Shown here piece by piece: positions 23,477 through 33,988 of a DNA stretch of 34,862 nt; the first letter of the stretch is position 1, and each line of letters begins with the position of its first letter. Source of the stretch: Dicyema japonicum (taxonomy: Eukaryota > Animalia > Dicyemida); contig RDEW01000013.1 of NCBI GenBank assembly GCA_011109175.1, forward strand, positions 1-34,862. The letters run 5' to 3'. Made by a program: the position numbers and the translations under genes. The notes under the pieces were generated by a model. The model was not told where the DNA came from. It saw only the letters and a list, made by a program, of their open reading frames with translations, and made no database searches.

Positions 23477-24170
23477 CAGTTTACCCTCTGTTTCTCGCCA
23501 TTTTTTTAAAAAAATCCAATTTTACTAAGGAAATTCCATTGCTCGCCAAATACTACTTACTCGCCACGTTTTAGTATTAAAAATTAAAATTTATTATTTA
23601 AGAAGAATAATTATTCAAAATATTTATGCGGCGTGTCTTTTTTCGTAACATGAGGAAGTGTTCAAGATTATATCTTATGATCAACAAAAAATCATAAATT
23701 ATCTTATTGCACAACTCTCTCTAAGTTTAAGGCGTGTCTCAGAAATTTTTTCAACGCGTTTCAAAAATCAATTTCGAGACGTTCAATAAACAATCTTAAA
23801 TTGAAAAAGAAAAGATTCTTGAAATCAACCCAATTTATGGGACACGTTCTTGTTTTTCAAAACTCAGACATCAATTGATACTGAAATCATTACATGGATG
23901 TACTACATGGAATCAATTCGAGTTTGCCTCAATGATAAGATCATTTTATCGAAAGCAACTGAATTTGCTGCATTAAATGGACTCTGAATTTAAATCCAGT
24001 AAAGGATGACTGGCAAAGTTTAAAAAAGGCACAATGCAAAATTACAAATTTTCAAGGTTAATTGGGTTATACTGCGGATGAGTTTAATATGAAAATTGAA
24101 GACTTAAAAAAATTATCTTCTCAAAAATAAATATGCTTCGAAAATGTTTATGATGCTGATTTTTTTAATA
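23477..24170 (+). mobile_element. Second, older pogo/Tigger remnant
   Basis: TIR-like cagtttaccctctgtttctcgccatt at 23477; degenerate HTH region SIDTEIITWM…LNDKIILSKATEF…EFKSSKG*LAKFKK; ENVYDAD. Confidence 0.65.
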
Positions 24171-24992
24171 CATTGATTATTTCTAATACTCGCCAATTTT
24201 TGTTTGGTCCCAAAATGTATTAGAAAAAATTAATCGCCTCTTGATCCGTTTAAGTAACCACCAGGGAAATTAAATCGACCAATTAGTATTTATACGACTC
24301 ACTTTATCATCAATAATCTAAATAATAACATGAATGCTGAAACTGGTGATATTACAAAAAGACAATAGAAATTAAATCTGATTTTGTCTCTCAATTTCCA
24401 TGAAATTGGACTTTAATGCTTCAAATGTATTTGTTCCCATTTTAATGCTTCTTATGTATACTGAACAAAACGATGTTAAAATTCTTGGAACTCTTTACTT
24501 TATAGACACTGTTAGTTTTCAAATAAATCCATTCTACAAAAGTCAAGATATCGACAAGTTCAAATAAATTTACGAGACAATTTCTATGAAACTGGACTCA
24601 CTGATCTGCATGTAACTTATCCAAACTATCGGACCGAGCTTACAAGAAGTTCATCAATGCACAATTGGAGATATGATAAGCCATAATGTCAATATTAGTC
24701 TATAAACTCCCAGATTATATCATCACATAATAGAAAATATATAATATTCCCAGCTAATATGACATAAAATAAGCTGTTCAAAAATACGAAATCCAATATA
24801 CTGAAAAAATAAATTCTTCTTATAAATGTAAATATTATAGTTCATCGCAAACATAGAAGATTAGCACGGACATCGGGTTTATGCACAATAACTTTATCCT
24901 AATTATGGGGGTCTGTCATCAAAATGTCTAATAGTTTGACAATTATTTGGAATTACTGAATTTAACTGAGGTAGGTCTACTGAATATGACAN

Positions 24993-25651
24993 ACACTAGC
25001 GAAGTATGGCGATCCCCACCTGTATTTTTACAAAATGTTTTCACTGTACGAGCTCTCTTGCGTGGTAATCATGTGGACTTGAGAGATATCTTTGATGCAG
25101 AGCTTAGTGTACACTCCAGTATTGGAAGTTAATTAGAAATTTGAAGACGTTTCCTATATAGCTATTGATAGGAGCGATCACTCGGCTGTAGAGATAAGAA
25201 ATCGGCAGGACAATCCATTGTGAAAACGATTGGGAGGTAGTATAGCAGATTAATTCGTTCCACATACCCAATGATAACTCTACGTTTTTAATGGTTTGTC
25301 TACCGGAACATTCGTGAATGAGTCAGCTGAGAAGAGAAACCGATTTGTACTTGTCTTGTGATAATCTCGATACACTTGGATGATTTCTATGTATAACTAC
25401 TATATACTTCACCTAATTGAATAATATTTAACTTTGATGCCTCAGATATGCGGTATTTGTATCCTTTCCGTCTTTAGATTAAAGGATGAGAGGTATCTCG
25501 ATTGCTTAGCCAATCACTAGGCCATAATGGAACCTTTACTTTCATTGACATTTTTGTGACTAAAATTTCATTAGAATTTGCGGTGACCACTGCTGAATGA
25601 TCCAAAGGACAAGGATTCATGTGAGGCTAGATGGCTTCGAGAGCGTATCTC
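24993..25651 (-). mobile_element. Old R4-like RT remnant that is the target of the RTE-like insertion
   Basis: Rejoining across the TSD gives LFLLTIAIE; downstream are DHSAVV (YxDD position) and GYKYRISE (YKYLG position). Confidence 0.45.
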
Positions 25652-25701
25652 AATAGCTATTATTATTATCAGCACTGCCGAGAACACATAAAAAACAAAA
25701 G

Positions 25702-26181
25702 TCAATTAAGGTTCCCTTGTGCCGCGCCGGCCACCCTTTGCACCAATCGCATCCAAAGGCCTCTCCGTTTCGCAAGATCTCTTAGTTCATCGAGGTCATC
25801 CATTGTTTTCAACTCCCTGCCTATGGCTTTTAGGTCCTCATTTAGCGTGATAGGTAAGGTTGTTCTAGGCCTTCCTCGGAATGATTTTGTTTTTTCCATG
25901 AAATATTCATCTATTACGTGATTTGCCGGGACATCCAGGTCCATCCTCAGAATGTGACCGAACAGTCTCCATCTCGATCTTCTGATTTCCATGGATAATG
26001 GTTCTGTTTTGCTCAACTTATATAATTGTTCGTTTTTGATCTTCATTTTGTAGTGAATATTAAGTGCCTTCCGAAGCATACTGCGGTCGAAACTGTCAAT
26101 AGACTCCATTGCCCGTTTAGACAAACCCCATGTCCCACAGTTATATATTAGGATGGGCACAACAAAGTATTTGTATATCAT
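25702..26181 (-). CDS. C-terminal part of the same RTE-like polyprotein (after the frameshifts)
   Basis: VPILIYNCGTW…RWRLFGHILRM…RGRPRTT; the intervening frame reads DEEDVARRKILASGAF. Confidence 0.8.
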   Translation of the reverse strand: MIYKYFVVPILIYNCGTWGLSKRAMESIDSFDRSMLRKALNIHYKMKIKNEQLYKLSKTEPLSMEIRRSRWRLFGHILRMDLDVPANHVIDEYFMEKTKSFRGRPRTTLPITLNEDLKAIGRELKTMDDLDELRDLAKRRGLWMRLVQRVAGAAQGNLN

Positions 26182-26270
26182 AAGCTTTATTTTTCCACAA
26201 AGTCTTCTTCCCGAACTCCATATTTTAGATAGGCTTCTGAAAGCACCAGATGCAAGGATTTTCCGTCGAG

Positions 26271-28661
26271 CTACATCTTCCTCGTCCCCAAGAGCGATCC
26301 GACCTTCTTATGTCTTCTCCACGTCTCGTCGGATATCCTCTCTGCACGGCTGAATGATGTAAATTCCGTTTTGTCAGTGTTTATCTTCAAGAACCATTTT
26401 TGGAAAATGTTAGGAAGATGTTCGTTTATGTACTTGAGAAATTCAGAATCATCCGATACAAAGTCCAGATCGTCTGCGTAAATCAACTCATAATATTGTC
26501 CTTTAATGGATAATCTGAAATCCCTCAGTGCAGCCTCAAGATAAATAATAAATAGAATAGGAGACAACGAATCCCCTTGTGGAACTCCCCGAGTGGTTTT
26601 AAAAAAATTGGAAGCGGTATTTCCGATTTTGACAGCCAGGTGAGTATCTTCTAGGAGCAAGGAAATAATTCTAACATCATCCGTGTCTAGAAATGTATTC
26701 AGAATGTTAATAAGTAGTCCCCTGTGTACAGAGTCGAATGCACGACTCATGTCGATCCCCAGAACTTCTATGCATTTTTTGTATTTCTGACATATAGCGC
26801 CAGACCATCTGTGCGTCCATACTATGTCGGCGGTTGATCTTTTTTCCCTGAAACCGCTTTGTCCAGGCGATAAGAATTTGTCGACTTTCCCTTTGATTCG
26901 ATTTAATACAATGATAGAGAGGGTTTTCCGTAAGACCGATAATAGAATTATTGGTCTTAGACTGTTTGCGGGACCTCTAGGTTTCCCAGGTTTTGGTATT
27001 GGAATTAGCCATCCTCTCCCAATTCCAAGATCGTTTTTGTCTTCAAATGCTTTATTGAGTATGATGGTGATTATTTCACCCAATTCAGTGGGTCCACATT
27101 TTATTAACTCTGCAGGTATATTATCAGGACCAGCCGCTTTCCTGTAGTTTAGTTTTCCTATTGCCTTGATAGTTTCCGCGATAATAATGGGGCAGTTAAG
27201 AGGAGCCGTTGATGTTATTGGAGATTTGTTTTCAATTTCTTGATTGTTAAAGATGTCATAGTAGTGTGAAGAGACTATGTTCGCCTTTTCAATAACATTC
27301 AATACTGATCGTCCATGTTGGTCGTGAATAACAATATTCCCTGGTCGTTTCTTTTTGCTAATAATCCGAATGGCTTTGAACATTTTGGATCCGTTCTTAT
27401 ATTTCTTGATTTCATCGACCTGTTCCTCCACTTCCTTTTTTACTTGATATTTTTGAAGTTTTTTGATTTTTGTTAAAATTGAGTTACGAACTATCCTTAG
27501 CTCTTTTTTTAGACTCGGTATATTTGAATTATTAATTCTAATCCTCAAATTCTTTTGTTCTGAAGATAAGTATGATATTTCTTCGTTGTTATATTTGAAT
27601 TTGTTTTTGTGAGTAGTCCCCAAAACCAACGACGCGGTATTCTTCATTGCAACTCCAACGTCATTCCACAAATCCTGTGCACTATTGTTTGTATTCATCT
27701 TGCTTAATTCCTTTCTGAGTTTTTCGCCATACTCTTTCATCTTTATTTCATTGCTTATTAGAGTTTCTGTATCCAATCTTTCGAATTCCGTTTTTCCATA
27801 TCTTCCAGGTTTGTACAAACTTCCCAAAGAGAACCGAGTGATCACCAATTTGTGATCACTTGATGTTTCAAGCCCATCGTATGATCTCGAGTTTCGTATT
27901 AGGTTTTTGTTCCTTCTTCTGCACAAGATATAATCAATTTGATTATATATTTTAATCAAGTTGCCATTTTTGTCCTTTCGTGAACCAGTCCAGGTAGTTT
28001 TATGTCTTGCTGGGTGTTCAAAAGCAGTGTTCGTAATAAATAAGTTGTAGGATTCGCAGAATTGAACCAATGAGACACCAGAGGAATTTCGACGATTCCG
28101 AGCATGTGATCCAATACAAGTCTCCCCATTCCGTACTTTACCAACTCTGGCATTCCAGTCTCCACCAATAAACGTCAGATATGACGACGAAAGTGAGTCA
28201 TATGTCCCTGTCAAACATGAGTAAAACGCACCAAGTTCTTCAGGATTGGCATCAGCCCGGACAGCGGTCGGAGCATAAACATTGACGATAGAAATAACAG
28301 AGTTGGGCTTTGTTCCAAACTTCAGTTGCATGACTGCAATACGATCCGAGACAGCCCATACGCGTGTCACACGGTCGTAAAGATCCCTGTGAACCGCAAA
28401 TCCAAGACCATAATGTCGGCAGTCAGAGTCCAAAGTGATCATGTAGTAATCATCAAATTTCGTAATAGAATATGCTGTAATCTTTGTCTCTTGAATGCAG
28501 CAAATACTGACACCATGGATAGATAAATCACGTGCGAGTTGATGTTTTTTGGTGATGAACTTCAAGCCTCGAGTGTTGAAAGTACCAAGAGAGAATGGGC
28601 AACGGGTAATTAAGCGCCAAGAAGACATATTTTCAAAGAGGGACGTCACCACCTCAACCAA
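26271..28661 (-). CDS. APE endonuclease-reverse transcriptase polyprotein of the RTE-like LINE (first ATG at 28628)
   Basis: GTFNTRG, CIQETK, NVYAP, GGDWNA, QIDYIL, SDH (APE); QSGFR, DMSRAFD, GVPQGDSLSP, YADD (RT). Confidence 0.9.
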   Translation of the reverse strand: MVEVVTSLFENMSSWRLITRCPFSLGTFNTRGLKFITKKHQLARDLSIHGVSICCIQETKITAYSITKFDDYYMITLDSDCRHYGLGFAVHRDLYDRVTRVWAVSDRIAVMQLKFGTKPNSVISIVNVYAPTAVRADANPEELGAFYSCLTGTYDSLSSSYLTFIGGDWNARVGKVRNGETCIGSHARNRRNSSGVSLVQFCESYNLFITNTAFEHPARHKTTWTGSRKDKNGNLIKIYNQIDYILCRRRNKNLIRNSRSYDGLETSSDHKLVITRFSLGSLYKPGRYGKTEFERLDTETLISNEIKMKEYGEKLRKELSKMNTNNSAQDLWNDVGVAMKNTASLVLGTTHKNKFKYNNEEISYLSSEQKNLRIRINNSNIPSLKKELRIVRNSILTKIKKLQKYQVKKEVEEQVDEIKKYKNGSKMFKAIRIISKKKRPGNIVIHDQHGRSVLNVIEKANIVSSHYYDIFNNQEIENKSPITSTAPLNCPIIIAETIKAIGKLNYRKAAGPDNIPAELIKCGPTELGEIITIILNKAFEDKNDLGIGRGWLIPIPKPGKPRGPANSLRPIILLSVLRKTLSIIVLNRIKGKVDKFLSPGQSGFREKRSTADIVWTHRWSGAICQKYKKCIEVLGIDMSRAFDSVHRGLLINILNTFLDTDDVRIISLLLEDTHLAVKIGNTASNFFKTTRGVPQGDSLSPILFIIYLEAALRDFRLSIKGQYYELIYADDLDFVSDDSEFLKYINEHLPNIFQKWFLKINTDKTEFTSFSRAERISDETWRRHKKVGSLLGTRKM

Positions 28662-28859
28662 AAATAGCTATCGTCAGAAGAAACAACTTTTATTAAATTA
28701 TTATTAAATTTAGTAAATTAAAAAAATAATTATTAAAGAATATATTTTTGTAGGTAAATTTTAATATCGCATAAATCTCATATCAAAGTTAACTTTATCA
28801 GATTAATTTCAAAGTTCAATTCAAGGGCGTTGTATCCACATGAAAATAAGTGGCTTAAT

Positions 28860-28990
28860 AGTAAATAAATATAGGAAAGAAAAACAATACGACCTTACGA
28901 AGACAGTTCATTTTAACCCCGTCGCGGTCGAAACCTCGGGAATTCTAAACCAAAATCCCTTTCTTACCCACATGGCGTTTGTTGAAAGCA
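28860..28990 (+). mobile_element. Small CRE RLE fragment
   Basis: FNPVAVETSGIL motif. Confidence 0.55.
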
Positions 28991-29049
28991 AAAAGAAGGA
29001 GGGAGGCCGAGAATAAGGATGACTGATAGAACACAATCGTAGAAGGGAA

Positions 29050-29240
29050 TTCCTCCTTATGCAAGGAGCTAAGAAACCCATTCAGAGAAAGGGTGAGTCA
29101 CGAAGAGGAATTCTAAAGAAGGGCACTCCGATAGAATTCCTTTGCAGACACAACAAAAGGCACCTCAAGAATGCAGTTAGATCACTGATGGAACACTTAA
29201 GGATAGTTCGGGAGCTATTAGAGGCTGAGATCACTTAAAT
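29050..29240 (+). repeat. Second copy of the unclassified repeat at 22950-23150
   Basis: CKELRNPF…KKGTPIEFLCRHNKRHLKNAVRSLMEHLRIVRELLEAEIT*. Confidence 0.7.
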
Positions 29241-29309
29241 AGTTGGCTTAACCTTTAAGAACATTCTCTCCCTTGGGAAAGAAAAACTATGGCAGAATTT
29301 AACTTAAAN

Positions 29310-31150
29310 GTTGTTCCATCCGGTCTTTGGTTAGCTGGGGCGAGTCCGAGCGGATCCAATTGGACAGAAAATACGACCGCCTCAAGTCCCCAAGAAATAA
29401 CTCCGTTGATGCGCCGTTTCTTGGACTCCTTCCAGCACTCCTCCGGCAGGAAAGAGTGTGAAGACATTTCTCGTAGACCATTCCTTTACATCTACAGCGA
29501 TGTATCCAAAAACATTCATTCCGAGGCGGACGGAAGACCCAATCCTTTAAAAATTCATGTCCCTGAAACTTGGGCTGTCCATAGAAGAAAAAGAAGTCGA
29601 ATAAAGACGTGTGGATTCCAGGGTTTTTAAGTCTGATGTGAATAGTTGGACGGATCCATTATTCTCTTCCAGAAGAGTTGACATATTACTGCCATATAGA
29701 GGAGAGCCGAAAACATTGCATTTTCGAATGGGGTGACTGAGACATCCCAGAGATAAGTAGAATTCGTAGCCACTCAAGTCGTCTCTCTGAAAACAACGTT
29801 AATGATTTCACATTTATACGGATTTGGTTCCAATCCAGGTGCTGTAAGTGCAAAAATAGCGGACTCGACCTCTGCCAAAACAATTTCTCAATCCCCTCCG
29901 ATGGTCGCATTATCCAGGTACCATAAGCTCAGTGGGGTTCCGATCGCTGATGCTGTACAATCGATGCCAACGGCAAGGAGTAGGAGGCCAAGGGGGTCGC
30001 CTTGTTGGACCTCAGTCTTGGATTCGATGATGTGTTGTCCTAAGATTAGCGTGCAAATAGAACCATATGAGAGTTTCACCAATCTGTTAATTTCCGGGAT
30101 CATGGAGATGATAGCTTCTATGATTCTATCTCTGCGAATGCTATTGAAGGCAATGCGGATGTTTAGTTTGACTATTATAGCATTTGTAGTGTCTGGCGGA
30201 CTGACAGCGAAGTTCCGGATTGAGTGGATTATTGCCTCGCATCCATGAGAAATTCCAACCCCAAGTTGATTAGGGCTCAGTCGTGGACTTGCTCGCTATA
30301 CTGGCAGCAATCTCAGGTGCCTGAATACATTGTCTATAGCGATGAGTCTTAACTCACTACAAGGCTTTCTGAAGGTGATCAATTTGAATGCAAAAAGGAG
30401 TCCTCTGGCATAGTCGGAAAAATCATCCCGAAGAATGATGTAAGGGTCTTTATTGAATTAATGAGGGAATTCCCCATATCGGCGGTTGTGGAAAAAATAA
30501 GGTCTTTCATATGGCTCGGACGTAGGCCGTCCAAGATATATGAAATAGCAGATCGTATATCACTTGTGGTGGTTGCCAAATGTGGAATGTCCTTCCCAAT
30601 TTCTGTCTCGCGAAGATCCGACGGGGCGGGTGGATGTTTTTTGGTGATGAGCTCGAGGGTTTCGGTAGTTGGTGAAAGAACCTTGTCATTGCTATAGAGC
30701 GTACGCAGGGCACCTCGAATGTCCCCGACCATGACCTTCTTATTCACTTCTTTGCGTATCTCCCACTTGTCTTTTTTGATCCTGGAGGATGAGGTGATTC
30801 AAACGCCCTAAGCATTCATCCTTGTTAGATAGCTCTCCACACAAGCTGATTCAAACGGCGTAGGCATTCATCCGTGTTAGATAGGTCTAAGACAAGTCCA
30901 GAGAAAGGCTTCTTACGCCCACTGTGATTCCCAAAGCATGAGGGGGCATGACCAATTTGGCAAAGATCGTGCGTCCTTCTTGTTAGCTTATAGGACCCAA
31001 GGTGTCCAAAATTTAGGAAACGGGAACATTGAATACCGAATTTCTTCTTGTTTGCTTTGCCACAGATTATGCAGGGAAGAAACGTGGGGAAGCATGGTTT
31101 ATTACGTCCACTTTGAGTTCAGTGTCGTTAGTTCTAGCAGTGAGGTTTAC
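29310..31150 (-). mobile_element. CRE-clade retrotransposon, decayed RT with a deletion into the RLE region
   Basis: GDIRGALR…KKHPPAP; LDGLRPSHMKD; RPIAI; NQLGVGISHGCEAIIH; EVQQGDPLGLLL; WYLDNATIGG; DPLGLAPANQRPDG. Confidence 0.85.
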
Positions 31151-31219
31151 CATTTTAATCGAGACTCAAAAAGGAACCCACTAGAACAACAATAATTTAA
31201 AATTCCTTTTGTGAATCAT

Positions 31220-31360
31220 AAGAAGCAGGTCACTGATTCTGTTAAACAGAATCGGATCATCATCGCGAAGAAAAATGATAGAAATGTAGCTGGCATTTCC
31301 TTGCAAATGGTTAGGGGAAATGCGTTCTCAATTATGAGAGCAGCCAGTAGTTGTTAACTG
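31220..31360 (+). mobile_element. CRE extreme 3' fragment
   Basis: ISLQMVRGNAFSIM (typical IQRGNA end). Confidence 0.55.
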
Positions 31361-31559
31361 TTAGTTTAACTGTTTTTAGTACAAAATAATTCAGGAATGA
31401 TATAAGACGATTAAAAGTGTTTTTAAATTCTTTTCTTTTTTGTTGCGTGTGTCTCTGAAGAAATCAGGTTCCAGAAGTATAAATACGTAGGAAGAAGTAC
31501 TCTCGAATTTTCTGTGTAAGAAGCAGTCTTTTGTGAAGCTGGTCGGAACCATATCAATC

Positions 31560-31720
31560 AATCACTATCATAGAGAGGTTATACAAAACTCAATTCTGAA
31601 CCCTGATTTATTCAACATATTCATGATGAGCCTACGTTGAGTATTGAGAATTTCTGTCAAGTCCTTAGGAATCAGCTTTTAAAGTAATACTTGAGACGTG
31701 ACTACATACTTCCAGTTAAA
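31560..31720 (+). mobile_element. LINE RT fragment
   Basis: EVIQNSILNPDLFNIFM (GVPQGSILxPxLFNIF). Confidence 0.5.
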
Positions 31721-31949
31721 ACTGCTTATTTTCTATATATTTGTTAAATGTGAGAAAGAAGGCTTTCCAAGCTCTTCTTGAATGTTGTGTCTGAAGAGAA
31801 ACAACATTCTCTTCATTTTTTGGGGTTATACTGGCTACTTTGGTTTACAAATGCTAGGAAAACATGTGCGTGTTAGCGTGGTGTCAAGTGGCTCACTGGA
31901 AAAGCTGTCACCCATTCCTAATTGGAACAAAAGAGCCTCATTCCTCCCC

Positions 31950-33174
31950 CATCTAAATTGACTTGCATTTGGGATGATTCCCCAGACTTATGTTCAAAAC
32001 TTATGTTGTGTGGAGACATTGAAAGCAATCCAGGCCCTCATGAAAACTGACTATTCTACAACTCAATGTGAACGGTATCAGAAGGAAGATCCTAGAACTT
32101 CTGGCATTCCTTGCAGAAATGAACGCTGATTTTGGACTAATCCAAATTATCACTAACCACTCCAACACCTTGCTTTTCCGGATACACGGTGATCCGATAC
32201 ACGGTGCCTTTAACGACATAAGCCCTCAGGTTTCAAACCTTTTGGACTCAGATTGTACTTTGGAGCAGATCACTATTAAGTTTCAATTATTCTCTTTTTT
32301 CTGGATCATTTTAGTCAATGTGTACATCCCTTCACAGGGGTCCTGTCCAACTTCCTATGTTCCCCAAATATTCCGCCTTTCCGGACTGAAAAATTTTTCT
32401 AATATGTAGCGATCTTATAAATCGTCATCCCTTGTGGCTAACTTCACATTCTGCCAACAACCGAGGTGAACTCTTTGCAAATGGCCATAGAGACATGATT
32501 GTCCCTAATGACCTAACGCCCATACAATAACTCCACTTAGGACCACATATGGTTGTGCATATATTTTTTCCAGTGACCTATATCTCTACATCTAAGAGGA
32601 CTTCGGCGGATCCGTATGCCCTAAGTCAAGTGAAAAAATTCAAGAATTATGGCAAGTCAGACTGGACAGGCTTTAGTAATTATGTCAATGATGTGTTGGT
32701 CAACCTTCAGTTGACGAGGCTGCAAAACTTATCAGTGAGGAAGATTTTGATTCCTCTCTCGTCATATACAAAATTTGTCCCTACTTTAAACTCACGCACC
32801 CTTCAGCTCATAAAACGAAGAGACCTTCTAAAACGATCCAAATTGATGGTCGCAAACTCCTTGGGAGCAATCAGAGGACTAAACAAGGAAACCAGTCTGA
32901 ACATTAGAGAACATGGAAAATGGATGTCGCCTACATAAAAAGAGCTCATCTTCCCAATTTTGGAGAACTCTAAAACAAGTCAACATCGAGTTGGAGACGC
33001 TCACGGGCAGTAATATCTAAAAAATGAATGCCATATACACCCAAACTTATTCATGAAACATTATGCTACAATCAGTTTTAAAACATTCTCAAAACAACTG
33101 ACATCAAGGTGAAAAAACCGAAGAAGAGCAATACCAGGAACTATTCTCAGAAAAAAGGTTCCTAGAAGCTATCA
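31950..33174 (+). mobile_element. I-group LINE 5' portion (APE endonuclease and pre-RT region), cut by the gap
   Basis: LEQITIK…VNVYIPSQGSCP; HPLW; NRGE; NYGKSDWTGF. Confidence 0.65.
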
Positions 33175-33511
33175 NNNNNNNNNNNNNNNNNNNNNNNNNN
33201 NNNNNNNNNNNNNNNNNNNNNNNNNNNNNNNNNNNNNNNNNNNNNNNNNNNNNNNNNNNNNNNNNNNNNNNNNNNNNNNNNNNNNNNNNNNNNNNNNNNN
33301 NNNNNNNNNNNNNNNNNNNNNNNNNNNNNNNNNNNNNNNNNNNNNNNNNNNNNNNNNNNNNNNNNNNNNNNNNNNNNNNNNNNNNNNNNNNNNNNNNNNN
33401 NNNNNNNNNNNNNNNNNNNNNNNNNNNNNNNNNNNNNNNNNNNNNNNNNNNNNNNNNNNNNNNNNNNNNNNNNNNNNNNNNNNNNNNNNNNNNNNNNNNN
33501 NNNNNNNNNNN
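33175..33511. other. Assembly gap (337 N)
   Basis: Run of N. Confidence 1.
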
Positions 33512-33597
33512 CATCAAAACTAATATGAATCAGTAAAAATTTCAAGGGAGTGGGTATTTTGACTTGAGGAAAATTAAAGACTGAAATTATCAAAATA

Positions 33598-33969
33598 TTA
33601 TTTAGGAATTGGATAGTCAATTTCATAGTCACAGTCTTGTTTGTCTTGACTAATTTCAACAAATTTTTCAGAGAGTTTCTCAAATTCTTTAAGATTTACC
33701 ATTCTAATATAATATTTATAAGAACTATAAGGGATAACAAAAAGTTCATACAAAAGTAAAGTCCCACAAATGGAGTAGCCTACTAAACTCATTCTAAAAG
33801 TCCTTTTGAGCTTATCTTAATATTATTAACCCTACACTACTAGTGAACATGAAAGTTAACAACCCACAAATAGTCCCTCCTACGATTCCATAACGAACTC
33901 CATGGTTGAGGCAGTCATTCACCTAATCTCATTACATTTCAAATGTACACTATCGATATTTGCAACCAT
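33598..33969 (-). CDS. Small two-helix membrane protein, COX20 (cytochrome c oxidase assembly factor)-like
   Basis: Introns 33948-33923 (26 nt), 33840- or 33837-33816 (25 or 22 nt) and 33751-33725 (27 nt). Product MVANIDSVNDCLNHGVRYGIVGGTICGLLTFMFT(S)NKLKRTFRMSLVGYSICGTLLFSYKYYIRMVNLKEFEKL…; C-x6-YG…F.FTS pattern as in COX20. The gene is likely real; the family call is tentative. Confidence 0.55.
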
Positions 33970-33988
33970 AAGTTAATTAAAAATTAAA

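Larger units (their letters stand above)
25661..28662 (-). mobile_element. Near-full-length single-ORF RTE-like LINE (APE + RT), 3002 bp
   Basis: 9-bp TSD AATAGCTAT at 25652-25660 and 28663-28671; (TAA)3 tail at 25661-25669. ORF broken only by two apparent 1-nt frameshifts near 26287 and 26208. Confidence 0.92.

Noticed and set aside
33104-33683. ORF-track ORFs spanning the N run, and the many antisense ORFs over TE coding regions
   Set aside because: Artefacts of N translation or shadows of the real frames.
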